Positions 1 to 8,188 of a DNA stretch of 48,060 nt are shown in pieces. Under the pieces are notes generated by a model, which was not told the DNA's origin, did no database searches, and saw only the letters and a list, made by a program, of their open reading frames with translations. The DNA comes from an uncultured Erysipelotrichaceae bacterium (GTDB lineage Bacteria > Bacillota_I > Bacilli_A > RFN20 > CAG-826). Location: positions 1-48,060 of the forward strand of contig CADBIO010000002.1 of the NCBI GenBank assembly GCA_902794835.1. The letters run 5' to 3'. The position numbers were made by a program, and so were the translations under genes. Within the stretch, counting starts at the first letter, position 1. The number at the start of each line of letters is the position of its first letter.

Positions 1-483
1 GATTATGAACGCTATGATACCCAGGCTCTCATGATCCAAAAAGACAAATATCCAGATGTTTCTTACTACATCGTCGATAACATGGTTCCTGAGAAATTGG
101 GACACGTCATGGTCTATTATCGTCGTTGGGAAGGTGAAACCGATCAGCCAATCGTCACCTACACTCTCCGTCACCACAAGACCTTTAATGGTGGCAAAGA
201 ACTTGACTATGAGAAGACCAAGAAGGTCGTTCGTGAGGATATGAACAAGGTTGGTGCAACCATCGATACCACACAAGGCAAAGATGGCGAAATTTATGAA
301 TTCCAAACCTATTATTTCCCACACGTCTATTCTGAAGACTACGCCGCTGGTTGGTATGACAAGGTCGAAGCTATGCAGGGCAAGAACAACACCTACTATG
401 CAGGTGAAATCATGTCCTTCGGCGATATGGATGAAACCGTTGAATACAGTCACGATCTCATCGAAAGATTCTTCGCTGATTAA
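1..483 (+). CDS. Polyunsaturated fatty acid (linoleate) isomerase, PAI-like FAD enzyme; C-terminal part, 5' end outside window
   Basis: Frame is open from base 1 (DYERYDTQALMIQKDKYP...). The blocks DNMxPExLGHVMVYYxRW and YYFPHVxSEDYxAGWYxKVExMQGxxNTxYAGEIMSFG...LIERFF closely match the C. acnes PAI C-terminus as I recall it. Confidence 0.85.
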   Translation, partial: DYERYDTQALMIQKDKYPDVSYYIVDNMVPEKLGHVMVYYRRWEGETDQPIVTYTLRHHKTFNGGKELDYEKTKKVVREDMNKVGATIDTTQGKDGEIYEFQTYYFPHVYSEDYAAGWYDKVEAMQGKNNTYYAGEIMSFGDMDETVEYSHDLIERFFAD

Positions 484-521
484 GATTTTGTTCATTTAGA
501 ACAAATTCGTAGTTTATAATT

Positions 522-556
522 GGGACGCTTAGGGAAATCTAAACGTCCCTTTATTT
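522..556 (+). terminator. Intergenic hairpin (weak terminator or stabilising stem)
   Basis: GGGACGcTTAG...CTAAaCGTCCC followed by TTTATTT. Confidence 0.55.
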
Positions 557-577
557 CAATAACGAAAGGAAAATACG

Positions 578-2137
578 ATGGCAGAAAACATCAAGTTTTA
601 CAAAGACCATTACGATGTGATCATCATTGGCTGTTCGTTAGCTGGCATGAGCGCTGGCATGACTTTGGCCAAAGAAGGCAAATCCGTTTTGATCTTAGAA
701 CGTCACAATTTGCCAGGCGGGCTAGCAACCTCTTTTGTGCGTTCCGGACATGAGATGGAGGCCACCCTCCATGAAATGATGTCCATTGGCAAAGAGGAAG
801 AACGACTCCCTGTCGGTAAATATCTCGACGATATGAAAGTTGCGATCGACTGGCTCCGTGTCCCAGAAGCATTCCGACTCTATGTTCCAACCGACGACAT
901 TGACATTTTGATCCACGCAGGGATTGATTCCGATGGCGTATACGTTGCTGCTAAAGAAATCGAAGAAAAATATCCAGGCAATTTAGAGAAAGTGAACAAG
1001 CTTCTCCATCTTTGCAAAGAGGTCATGGAATCCACCAACTATCTTAATGACCACACCGCCTCAAAAATCGAGCTTCTTAAAAATCACAGCGGATTAGCCA
1101 AAACAGCGGGCTATTCTGCAAAAGAAGTAATGGACGCCTTTGAGATTCCAGAAAAAGTTCAAGCTGTTTTGTCGGCTTATTGGATTTATGTTGGCCAACC
1201 AGTTTCCAGTCTTCCGTTCACGATTTTCGCCTTCTTGTTGGGCGACTATCTGACCGGCGGGTCTTTTGTTGCTAAAAATTTCTCTCATGGCATGTCTGTC
1301 GCGATGGCGGAAAAATGCTTAGAACTCGGTTGCCAAATCGAATATCGCACCGAAGTCACCAAAATCCTTGTCAAAGACGGAAAGGCTTATGGCGTGAGAA
1401 CAGCGCATGGTGAAGAAATTCACGGCCATTACATCATCTCTGGCGTTTATCCTGATGCAGTTTTTGGCCATATGATTGAACCACAAAGCGAAGTTCCTGA
1501 GAAGGCTGTCAAACTCTATCACGGACGCAAAATCGGTGTCACGTGTTTCTCGGTTGTCTTACTTTTAGACCAAACCCCAGAGCAACTCGGCATCAAAGAT
1601 TATTCTATTTTCTCTGGAACCTCCCATTTCGATACCGATGCCTATTGGGCGCAAGGAAGCAAACTCGGTGGCTGGGATTATCTCACCACGATTTGCTTAA
1701 ATTATGCCAACCCAGAACAAATCCCAGAGGGAATGACATCTTTATCGATCACCAATCTGCCACTTCCTGTCGCTTTTGAAGACGTGAAAGCGGACGATTA
1801 TTTTGCCATTAAACGCAAATACGGCAAAGAAATGATCGAATCTATCTCCAAGCTTCTTGGCGTGAACTTGTTAGATCATGTCGTGGAAGTGGAAATTGAA
1901 TCCCCAGCCACGATCTCGCATTATTCCGGCCAATACTTGGGTGGCATTTATGGCTATCAACACAGCATGGACGATGCTATCGCAGCCCGTCTTGAGACTT
2001 ATGGTAAAGAACATTACATCCAGAATTTAACCTGGGCGTCTTCTGCCACATTGGCAGGCGATGGCATGGCTATCAATATCAAGAATGGCCGTATCGCCGC
2101 ACAAGTTGTTGATACTTGGGAAAAGGAGGGCAAATAA
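578..2137 (+). CDS. FAD-dependent oxidoreductase, phytoene desaturase (CrtI)/retinol saturase-like family
   Basis: N-terminal dinucleotide fold YDVIIIGCSLAGMSAG...VLILERHNLPGG; EIESPAT...GGIYG; C-terminal G-D-G...NGRIAA; 519 aa; GGA-type SD. Confidence 0.8.
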   Translation: MAENIKFYKDHYDVIIIGCSLAGMSAGMTLAKEGKSVLILERHNLPGGLATSFVRSGHEMEATLHEMMSIGKEEERLPVGKYLDDMKVAIDWLRVPEAFRLYVPTDDIDILIHAGIDSDGVYVAAKEIEEKYPGNLEKVNKLLHLCKEVMESTNYLNDHTASKIELLKNHSGLAKTAGYSAKEVMDAFEIPEKVQAVLSAYWIYVGQPVSSLPFTIFAFLLGDYLTGGSFVAKNFSHGMSVAMAEKCLELGCQIEYRTEVTKILVKDGKAYGVRTAHGEEIHGHYIISGVYPDAVFGHMIEPQSEVPEKAVKLYHGRKIGVTCFSVVLLLDQTPEQLGIKDYSIFSGTSHFDTDAYWAQGSKLGGWDYLTTICLNYANPEQIPEGMTSLSITNLPLPVAFEDVKADDYFAIKRKYGKEMIESISKLLGVNLLDHVVEVEIESPATISHYSGQYLGGIYGYQHSMDDAIAARLETYGKEHYIQNLTWASSATLAGDGMAINIKNGRIAAQVVDTWEKEGK

Positions 2138-2138
2138 G

Positions 2139-3362
2139 ATGAAAAAATTGAAGATTAAAGGTTTCTTTAAAGACATTACGGGCTCGATGAGAGTTTCTAA
2201 ACGCCGTAATGCTAGCATCAAAAATGCCTCTCCAGTCAACGACTACAAGGACCCAATCAAAGAACTTGCGTTGGAGCTTCACCCGGTCGTGACCCATGTT
2301 ATCGTAAAGAAGGTGGAAGACGTTTCTCCTACCGCCAGAAAATTTACTTTCGTAGCTATCGATGGCGACAAACTTCCTCCTTTTGAGGCGGGACAATACG
2401 TTTCATTGGATTTAGAAATTGACGGCAAGAAAGCCTATCGTCCATATTCAATCTCTTCTGCCCCATTCCAAGCCAGAAGCGGAGAAGAGCCATTCTTTGA
2501 AATCACCGTTCGTAATGGCAGACCGGGACAAGGTTATGTTTCCAGCTACATTTATGCCAACCTGAAAGAAGGCATGAAATTAGAAGCCCATCTCCCTTAT
2601 GGACAATTCCACATCGAGCCATTGCGTGATAGCAAAAACATCGTCGCCTTGGCTGGTGGCAGTGGTATTACGCCATTCTATTCCATGGCGCAAGAGATTG
2701 CCCACGGCACCTTGGATGTTGACCTGACAATCCTTTATGGTTCCGTTTCCCACGATGACATTATCTTGGAAAAACAAATCCAAGCCATCCATTGCCCACG
2801 CGTGAAATTTATCAACGTTATCTCTGGTGAAGGCGCCAAACTCCTCCCAGGTGATGAAAAGGGCTTTATTTCTCGCGACATCATCAAAAAATATTCCGTG
2901 GATCAGGATCCGTCCAATGGCAAAACCACCTATTTCGTGTGCGGACCTCTTCCGATGTATCTCTTCATCAACAAAGAGCTTGAGGCATTGAAAGTCCCAT
3001 ATCGCCGCATTCGCATGGAAGTGTTTGGCTCAACGCCAGATGTGACCAAAAACGAAGGCTACCCAGCAGGAAAAGAAAAAGAAGTCTACAAGATTACCGT
3101 TAAACGCGGCATTCATGAAGACATTATCGACGCCAAGGGATCAGAAACCATCCAAAACGCGATGGAACGCGCGGGAATTCCCCACGAGACCCGTTGCCGT
3201 TCTGGTGCCTGTGGTTGGTGCCGTACTAAAGTCGAGAAAGGCGAATTCTTCGTTCCTTCTGTCGGCGATGGCAGGCGCGCTGCTGATAAGGAATATGGCT
3301 ATGTCCATGCTTGTGCAACCTATCCTCTTTCGGATATGGTGATCAAGATTGAGATTGAATAA
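2139..3362 (+). CDS. NAD(P)H-flavin reductase with C-terminal [2Fe-2S] ferredoxin (FNR-like, PaaE/PDR architecture)
   Basis: RPYSISS (FAD), AGGSGITP and VCGP (NAD), MEVF, then CRSGACGWC...C. True start is ATG 2139 after AGGAGG, 1 nt after the upstream stop. Confidence 0.9.
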   Translation: MKKLKIKGFFKDITGSMRVSKRRNASIKNASPVNDYKDPIKELALELHPVVTHVIVKKVEDVSPTARKFTFVAIDGDKLPPFEAGQYVSLDLEIDGKKAYRPYSISSAPFQARSGEEPFFEITVRNGRPGQGYVSSYIYANLKEGMKLEAHLPYGQFHIEPLRDSKNIVALAGGSGITPFYSMAQEIAHGTLDVDLTILYGSVSHDDIILEKQIQAIHCPRVKFINVISGEGAKLLPGDEKGFISRDIIKKYSVDQDPSNGKTTYFVCGPLPMYLFINKELEALKVPYRRIRMEVFGSTPDVTKNEGYPAGKEKEVYKITVKRGIHEDIIDAKGSETIQNAMERAGIPHETRCRSGACGWCRTKVEKGEFFVPSVGDGRRAADKEYGYVHACATYPLSDMVIKIEIE

Positions 3363-3373
3363 CCAACTTTCTT

Positions 3374-3401
3374 AAAAGGCGTCCTTCGGGACGTCTTTTT
3401 T
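3374..3401. terminator. Bidirectional intrinsic terminator
   Basis: AAAAGGCGTCC-TTCG-GGACGTCTTTTTT between convergent genes. Confidence 0.9.
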
Positions 3402-3435
3402 CAATTCAAGGGATGCGTGTATCTGTTTTTTATTT

Positions 3436-4299
3436 TTATGCTTGAATTGGATGATCCCCGTCGTTGATATAGAGGATACCAAGAACGTTTCGTCCTACAT
3501 AACAAGTAACAGTCGCCATCGGATTGGTATGATAGACTTTTTTAAAGCCAACTCCGTAAAGATAATCAGTTAATTCTTGGACTACCTCTTTTGGGATTGC
3601 TGATTCCGTGATGAAAACGACTTCATGATCGGGGTTATTGAATTCTTCTAACGTGGATTTGGCGTAATCCATCACCCATTTGCGGACAGGCCCTTTGAAC
3701 TTTTTATGGGACTCCAGCTTTCCTTCTTCATTCATCACAATCTGAGGGCGAATTTTCAAAAGATTGGCGCCGAAAGCAGCGACACTGGAGCACCTACCGC
3801 TTTTGTGAAGATAGTTCACGTTTTCAAAACAAAAAGTGGTGCATACTTTATGAGATCTTTCTTTCACGATATTTATCACTTCTTCAAAAGGAGTGCCTTT
3901 GTCTAGCAGACGTTTGGCATAAATGGCTAAGGTCGCTTCGCCTGTTGATAAGGAGCGTGTATCGATTATCGCTACTTTTCCTTGGAATTTTTTAGCTCCA
4001 TTTTCAGCGTGTTCATAGGTGCTGGAGATGCCCGAAGAAATCGAGAAATGTATGATTCGGTCATAGTCCTTAAGAAGGGCTTCAAAATAATTCTCATATT
4101 CTTTTGGGTTTAAGGCGGCGGTGCGAGCGACAGTACCCGTTAACTCCATAAATTCACAAATTTCCTTGGAAGTGACTTCGCCGTCGAATTTCATTTGGTC
4201 CCCGACCATAATCGGAAAAGGGATGAAATGGATGTCATATTCTTTCAACAATTCTTGATTCAAATCGATGGTGGATTCTGCACTGATTGCAATTCTCAT
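3436..4299 (-). CDS. DegV family fatty acid-binding protein (FakB-like)
   Basis: RIAISAESTIDL, ISSGISSTY, IIDTRSLSTG, YLHKSGR, LLKIRPQI motifs; 287 aa. Confidence 0.9.
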   Translation of the reverse strand: MRIAISAESTIDLNQELLKEYDIHFIPFPIMVGDQMKFDGEVTSKEICEFMELTGTVARTAALNPKEYENYFEALLKDYDRIIHFSISSGISSTYEHAENGAKKFQGKVAIIDTRSLSTGEATLAIYAKRLLDKGTPFEEVINIVKERSHKVCTTFCFENVNYLHKSGRCSSVAAFGANLLKIRPQIVMNEEGKLESHKKFKGPVRKWVMDYAKSTLEEFNNPDHEVVFITESAIPKEVVQELTDYLYGVGFKKVYHTNPMATVTCYVGRNVLGILYINDGDHPIQA

Positions 4300-4545
4300 A
4301 CGCTGACATTCCTTCCTGGCGAAATTATGGGCTACAAAAACATCAAAGTCAAACCTTAAATATCAAGATTTCATCGATAGTTTTTATAACTTCAAGAACT
4401 CGTTATGAAGACGAGGAACGAAATCTTTTTTTGCAAATTAATTGAATGTCCAGGCCTTATGCTTTTTAATTTACAAGTCCAAATATTTTATTTTCCCAAA
4501 AATTGGGAAATAAAAATAAGCGGAATCAAAAAAGAGGATAAAGGG

Positions 4546-7347
4546 ATGCTGAAACTAGACCACATTACGAAAATTTATCGCACCAAGGATATGCAGGTCG
4601 ATGCATTAAATGATGTTTCCCTTGCTTTCCGCAAAAATGAATTTGTTGCTATTTTGGGTCCTTCTGGATGTGGAAAGACGACGACTTTGAACATCGTTGG
4701 TGGGTTGGATCATTACACCCACGGCGATTTGGTGATCGATGGCGTTTCCACCAAAGATTTCAAAGATCATGATTGGGATGTTTATCGAAATCATAGGGTT
4801 GGATTTGTTTTTCAATCCTATAACTTAATTCCTCACGAAAATATTCAAGAAAACGTCGAATTAGCCCTAACGATTGCAGGTCTTAGCAAAGAAGAACGTT
4901 CCAAAATGGCGAGAGAGGCTTTAGATCGCGTCGGTTTGGCGGGAATGTATGGGAAAAAGCCAAACGAACTTTCTGGTGGTCAATGCCAAAGAGTCGCCAT
5001 CGCCAGAGCTTTGGTAAACAAGCCAGACATCCTTTTGGCAGACGAGCCGACTGGCGCCTTAGATTCTGTCACCTCGGTTCAAATCATGGATCTCATCAAA
5101 GAGATTTCTCAAGAAAAACTGGTCATTATGGTCACCCATAACCCAGACTTGGCCGAGAAGTACGCAAACCGCATCATTAACCTGTTAGATGGCAAAGTGG
5201 TGGGGGACACCAACCCCTATTCTTTTGAAGAGGAGGCCAAAGAGCGTGATGCCGTGACATCAAAATCTGAAGAGCAACTTGCCAAAGAACGGGCAAAGAT
5301 GTCCTGGTGGACCGCATTCAAACTCTCCGCTAAAAACTTGCTTTCCAAGGCCAAACGGACCTCTTTGATTGTTGTCGCCTCTTCTATTGGCATCGTTGGT
5401 GTTTCGGCCGTTCTTGCTGTTTCCCAAGGCGTGACTGGCTATATTGGAGGAATGCAGGATGATATGTTGTCGGGTTATCCGGTGACAGTTGCCGAATCTG
5501 CCTACGATTTGAGTTCGATTCTTTCGGGGACGAATTCTATGGAACAAGTCAATGCCGTCGCTCATTCCTGGAGGGACGGAAAGATCGACGTTCAATTCGT
5601 CACCGAAACTTTGGTGAACGTTTCTGACAGCATGAGTTCGGCTGCCTTGAAAAATGAAATTACGCAAGACTACATTCAATTCGTTGATGACATGCCCAAA
5701 AATTATTACGCCGCACTAGGAAAAGAATATGGCATCAACTTGAAAAACAATCTCTATACTCATTCGGACATTCACTTGAAAGATTACACCGAAGAACAAT
5801 TGAGGACCCAAAAATATTCCATCACCGCGATTACCTCCATCTGCAGCACCATTTTGGAGAACATCAACGATGGAGATTACTCGGCTTATTCTGCGATGGT
5901 GGATCAATATACCGACGCCATCAACCAATGTTTGCCAGAAAAAGAATACGTTCTTTCCCAATATGATGTGGTTTCTGGCAAATATGCCGAAGGTGAAAAC
6001 GAGATGATGATTGTCTTAAACCATCGGAACCAATTGACGGAATTTGTCCTTACTTTACTTGGATATTATGGCCAAGATGAATTCGCGAACGCGATTTATT
6101 ATTACTCTGACCAAAAAGAAAAAATGGATATGGATCTTTGGGAAAAGCAACAATCTTTCACCATTGATCAATTAGTAGGAAAAGAATACACGTATTACCC
6201 CAATAATTCCTTATACACTTATAACAGCAGCTATGATGCAGGCTCAACCACCAACCCTTTGGCGTGGCAGGCATATGATTATGCGTTCGTTGATGATGGT
6301 TCTTTAACCAATGGAGAAAATATGAAGGTCGTAGGAATTCTTGCCCCAAAAGAAGAGGTTTCCTATGGTTGCATGGATTCGGGTCTGTATTTTACCAAAG
6401 CCTTTGCTGAGCACTACCTTGAGCAAAACATGGAATCGGAAGTCACGAAATTCATCAGAGCTTATTGTGAAACCAATCCGGATGCTGATGGATTTACTTC
6501 CGCGGTCATCAATTTCTCCAATCACAAATTTATCTCCGGAATCGGTTTCATTTATGATGTCAACTTCCCAGACGGAATCGGATCTTCCAGCATCCAAACA
6601 TTTGAAGGCGCTGGCTTAATTGGCGAACAAAACGCCTTATCTGGCATCATGAGTTTAATTGGCGGTGGTGGATCAGGCGGTTCTTCCTCAAGCATCCTTC
6701 TACAGAAGATGGCATTATGCACCCTTAGAGATGTCGGTGGGAATTCTCTTCCAGGAACGATTAAGATCTATCCGAAGAGTTTTGCGGATAAATATTTGGT
6801 CACCGATTATTTAGATCGTTGGCAAAGCGAAGAAACCATTACTTTGTCGACGGGAACGGTTTTGACTCCCGACCAACGTAACGACATCAAATATACAGAC
6901 AATCTTGCCATCATCATCGCATTGATTAATGGGGTTATTAATATTGTCACGATCGCCTTGGTTGCATTCACCTCCCTTTCTTTGATTGTTTCCACCGTTA
7001 TGATCGGAATTATCACTTATGTGTCTGTTATGGAACGTGTCAAAGAGATCGGCGTCATTCGTTCTCTGGGTGGAAGAAAGAGGGACGTGTCTCATCTATT
7101 TAACGCAGAGACTTTAATCATCGGATCCCTATCTGGGGTGTTTGGATTAATTGTCACTTATTTATTTGAAATCATTTTGAACGCCACCATAGGGGTTTAT
7201 TATGGCATTGGCATGATTGCCAATCTCAGTTGGTGGACTGCCGTTGTAATTCTTGCGTTAAGCGTTGCCTTAACAATGATTGCCGGCATCATTCCGGCCA
7301 GAGCCGCGGCTAGACAAGACCCTGTTGTAGCGTTACGGACTGAATAA
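4546..7347 (+). CDS. MacB/FtsX-type ABC transporter, fused ATPase-permease
   Basis: Walker A GPSGCGKT, LSGGQ, ILLADEPTG, VTH; C-terminal ERVKEIGVIRSLG...AARQDPVVALR; start at ATG 4546 after AAGAGG. Confidence 0.92.
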   Translation: MLKLDHITKIYRTKDMQVDALNDVSLAFRKNEFVAILGPSGCGKTTTLNIVGGLDHYTHGDLVIDGVSTKDFKDHDWDVYRNHRVGFVFQSYNLIPHENIQENVELALTIAGLSKEERSKMAREALDRVGLAGMYGKKPNELSGGQCQRVAIARALVNKPDILLADEPTGALDSVTSVQIMDLIKEISQEKLVIMVTHNPDLAEKYANRIINLLDGKVVGDTNPYSFEEEAKERDAVTSKSEEQLAKERAKMSWWTAFKLSAKNLLSKAKRTSLIVVASSIGIVGVSAVLAVSQGVTGYIGGMQDDMLSGYPVTVAESAYDLSSILSGTNSMEQVNAVAHSWRDGKIDVQFVTETLVNVSDSMSSAALKNEITQDYIQFVDDMPKNYYAALGKEYGINLKNNLYTHSDIHLKDYTEEQLRTQKYSITAITSICSTILENINDGDYSAYSAMVDQYTDAINQCLPEKEYVLSQYDVVSGKYAEGENEMMIVLNHRNQLTEFVLTLLGYYGQDEFANAIYYYSDQKEKMDMDLWEKQQSFTIDQLVGKEYTYYPNNSLYTYNSSYDAGSTTNPLAWQAYDYAFVDDGSLTNGENMKVVGILAPKEEVSYGCMDSGLYFTKAFAEHYLEQNMESEVTKFIRAYCETNPDADGFTSAVINFSNHKFISGIGFIYDVNFPDGIGSSSIQTFEGAGLIGEQNALSGIMSLIGGGGSGGSSSSILLQKMALCTLRDVGGNSLPGTIKIYPKSFADKYLVTDYLDRWQSEETITLSTGTVLTPDQRNDIKYTDNLAIIIALINGVINIVTIALVAFTSLSLIVSTVMIGIITYVSVMERVKEIGVIRSLGGRKRDVSHLFNAETLIIGSLSGVFGLIVTYLFEIILNATIGVYYGIGMIANLSWWTAVVILALSVALTMIAGIIPARAAARQDPVVALRTE

Positions 7348-7365
7348 AATAAAAATGATCGTTTC

Positions 7366-7390
7366 AAAGGCGCCTTATCGCGCCTTTTTT
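7366..7390 (+). terminator. Intrinsic terminator of ABC transporter gene
   Basis: AAAGGCGC-cttatc-GCGCCTTTTTT. Confidence 0.85.
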
Positions 7391-7403
7391 CATTACGAGA
7401 AAG

Positions 7404-7429
7404 AAAAAAGATGCCATTACGACATCTTT
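7404..7429 (-). terminator. Intrinsic terminator ending the candidate sRNA
   Basis: Minus strand AAAGATGTC-GTAAT-GGCATCTTTTTT. Confidence 0.8.
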
Positions 7430-7553
7430 CGGAAATCAAGGTTTTCCTAGCCCCGTTTAACAAACGCGACGAGGCGAGGACTATATAGGCATATGGCGGA
7501 TCCTAAACTAACCCAACTATCCTTACGGTAGTAAGACCCACTTCTGTTCCTGT
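7404..7553 (-). ncRNA. Candidate stand-alone structured small RNA (family unassigned)
   Basis: Sigma-A-like promoter upstream, several stems with G-U pairs on the minus strand, and its own terminator; no plausible ORF. Confidence 0.65.
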
Positions 7554-7559
7554 GCAAAT

Positions 7560-7587
7560 ATTATAATCATTTTTTAATTGAATGCAA
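7560..7587 (-). promoter_or_regulatory. Sigma-A promoter for candidate sRNA
   Basis: Minus strand TTGCAT-N16-TATAAT. Confidence 0.7.
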
Positions 7588-7607
7588 GCGGTTTCATCAA
7601 AGTCAAT

Positions 7608-8168
7608 TTATCGCGGGTATTTTGCTCCTCTCGTTCCCGGATAAATCGTTTTGAGTCCTTCCTCCCCTAGAAGGTTTCTTACGATCGCTTCGGCAAACTC
7701 GATCGTGTAATACATTGAATGTCCTGTAATGATGTTTCCATCTACGACCGCCCCCGTTTCCAAATAAGTCCCTTTTCCGCATTGGAAGCCGGGGAAACAG
7801 GTGTATTTCTTGCCATCTAAATAACCTAATTCCCCTAAAATTGAAGGACCAGCACAAATGGCAAAAATCTTTTTCCCCTCGTTATGGAATTTTTTGATGG
7901 CTTCCATAGCGAGGCTTGATTTCTTGATGTTTTCCACTCCTAATTTACCACCAGGAATCACCAAAAAATCATAAGACCCAAAATCTGGCATATCTCCTAA
8001 AAGGCCCTGAGAGATCATTTCCAATCCCATAGAGGAAATGACATTCAAATGATCTGAAATGGAGAGGTACGTGACATCAATTTCATGGGTTCTTGTCAAA
8101 ATATCATGGGTGCCGATGGCTTCGGTTTCTTCGAACCCATCTGCCAATAACATTAATCCTTTGATCAT
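7608..8168 (-). CDS. DJ-1/PfpI (YajL/ThiJ-like) protein
   Basis: LADGFEETEA, LVIPGG, FAICAGP nucleophile Cys; SD AAGGGAG. Confidence 0.9.
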   Translation of the reverse strand: MIKGLMLLADGFEETEAIGTHDILTRTHEIDVTYLSISDHLNVISSMGLEMISQGLLGDMPDFGSYDFLVIPGGKLGVENIKKSSLAMEAIKKFHNEGKKIFAICAGPSILGELGYLDGKKYTCFPGFQCGKGTYLETGAVVDGNIITGHSMYYTIEFAEAIVRNLLGEEGLKTIYPGTRGAKYPR

Positions 8169-8188
8169 GTTTTCTCCCTTTTGAAAAG

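Noticed and set aside
578-2137. Carotenoid biosynthesis assignment (crtI)
   Set aside because: No phytoene synthase or prenyltransferase nearby; the context is fatty-acid related.
4405-4545. Long N-terminal extensions in the ORF track (also 2061, 17642, 26821, 37992, 41581)
   Set aside because: SD or -10 signals and domain starts support the downstream start codons.
7449-7504. glmS ribozyme resemblance on + strand (AGCCCC...GACGAGG..AGGA...GGCGGA-TCCT)
   Set aside because: The conserved AGCGCC and UAUCG core positions are mismatched, no gene lies downstream on the + strand, and the promoter, terminator and G-U pattern favour the minus strand.
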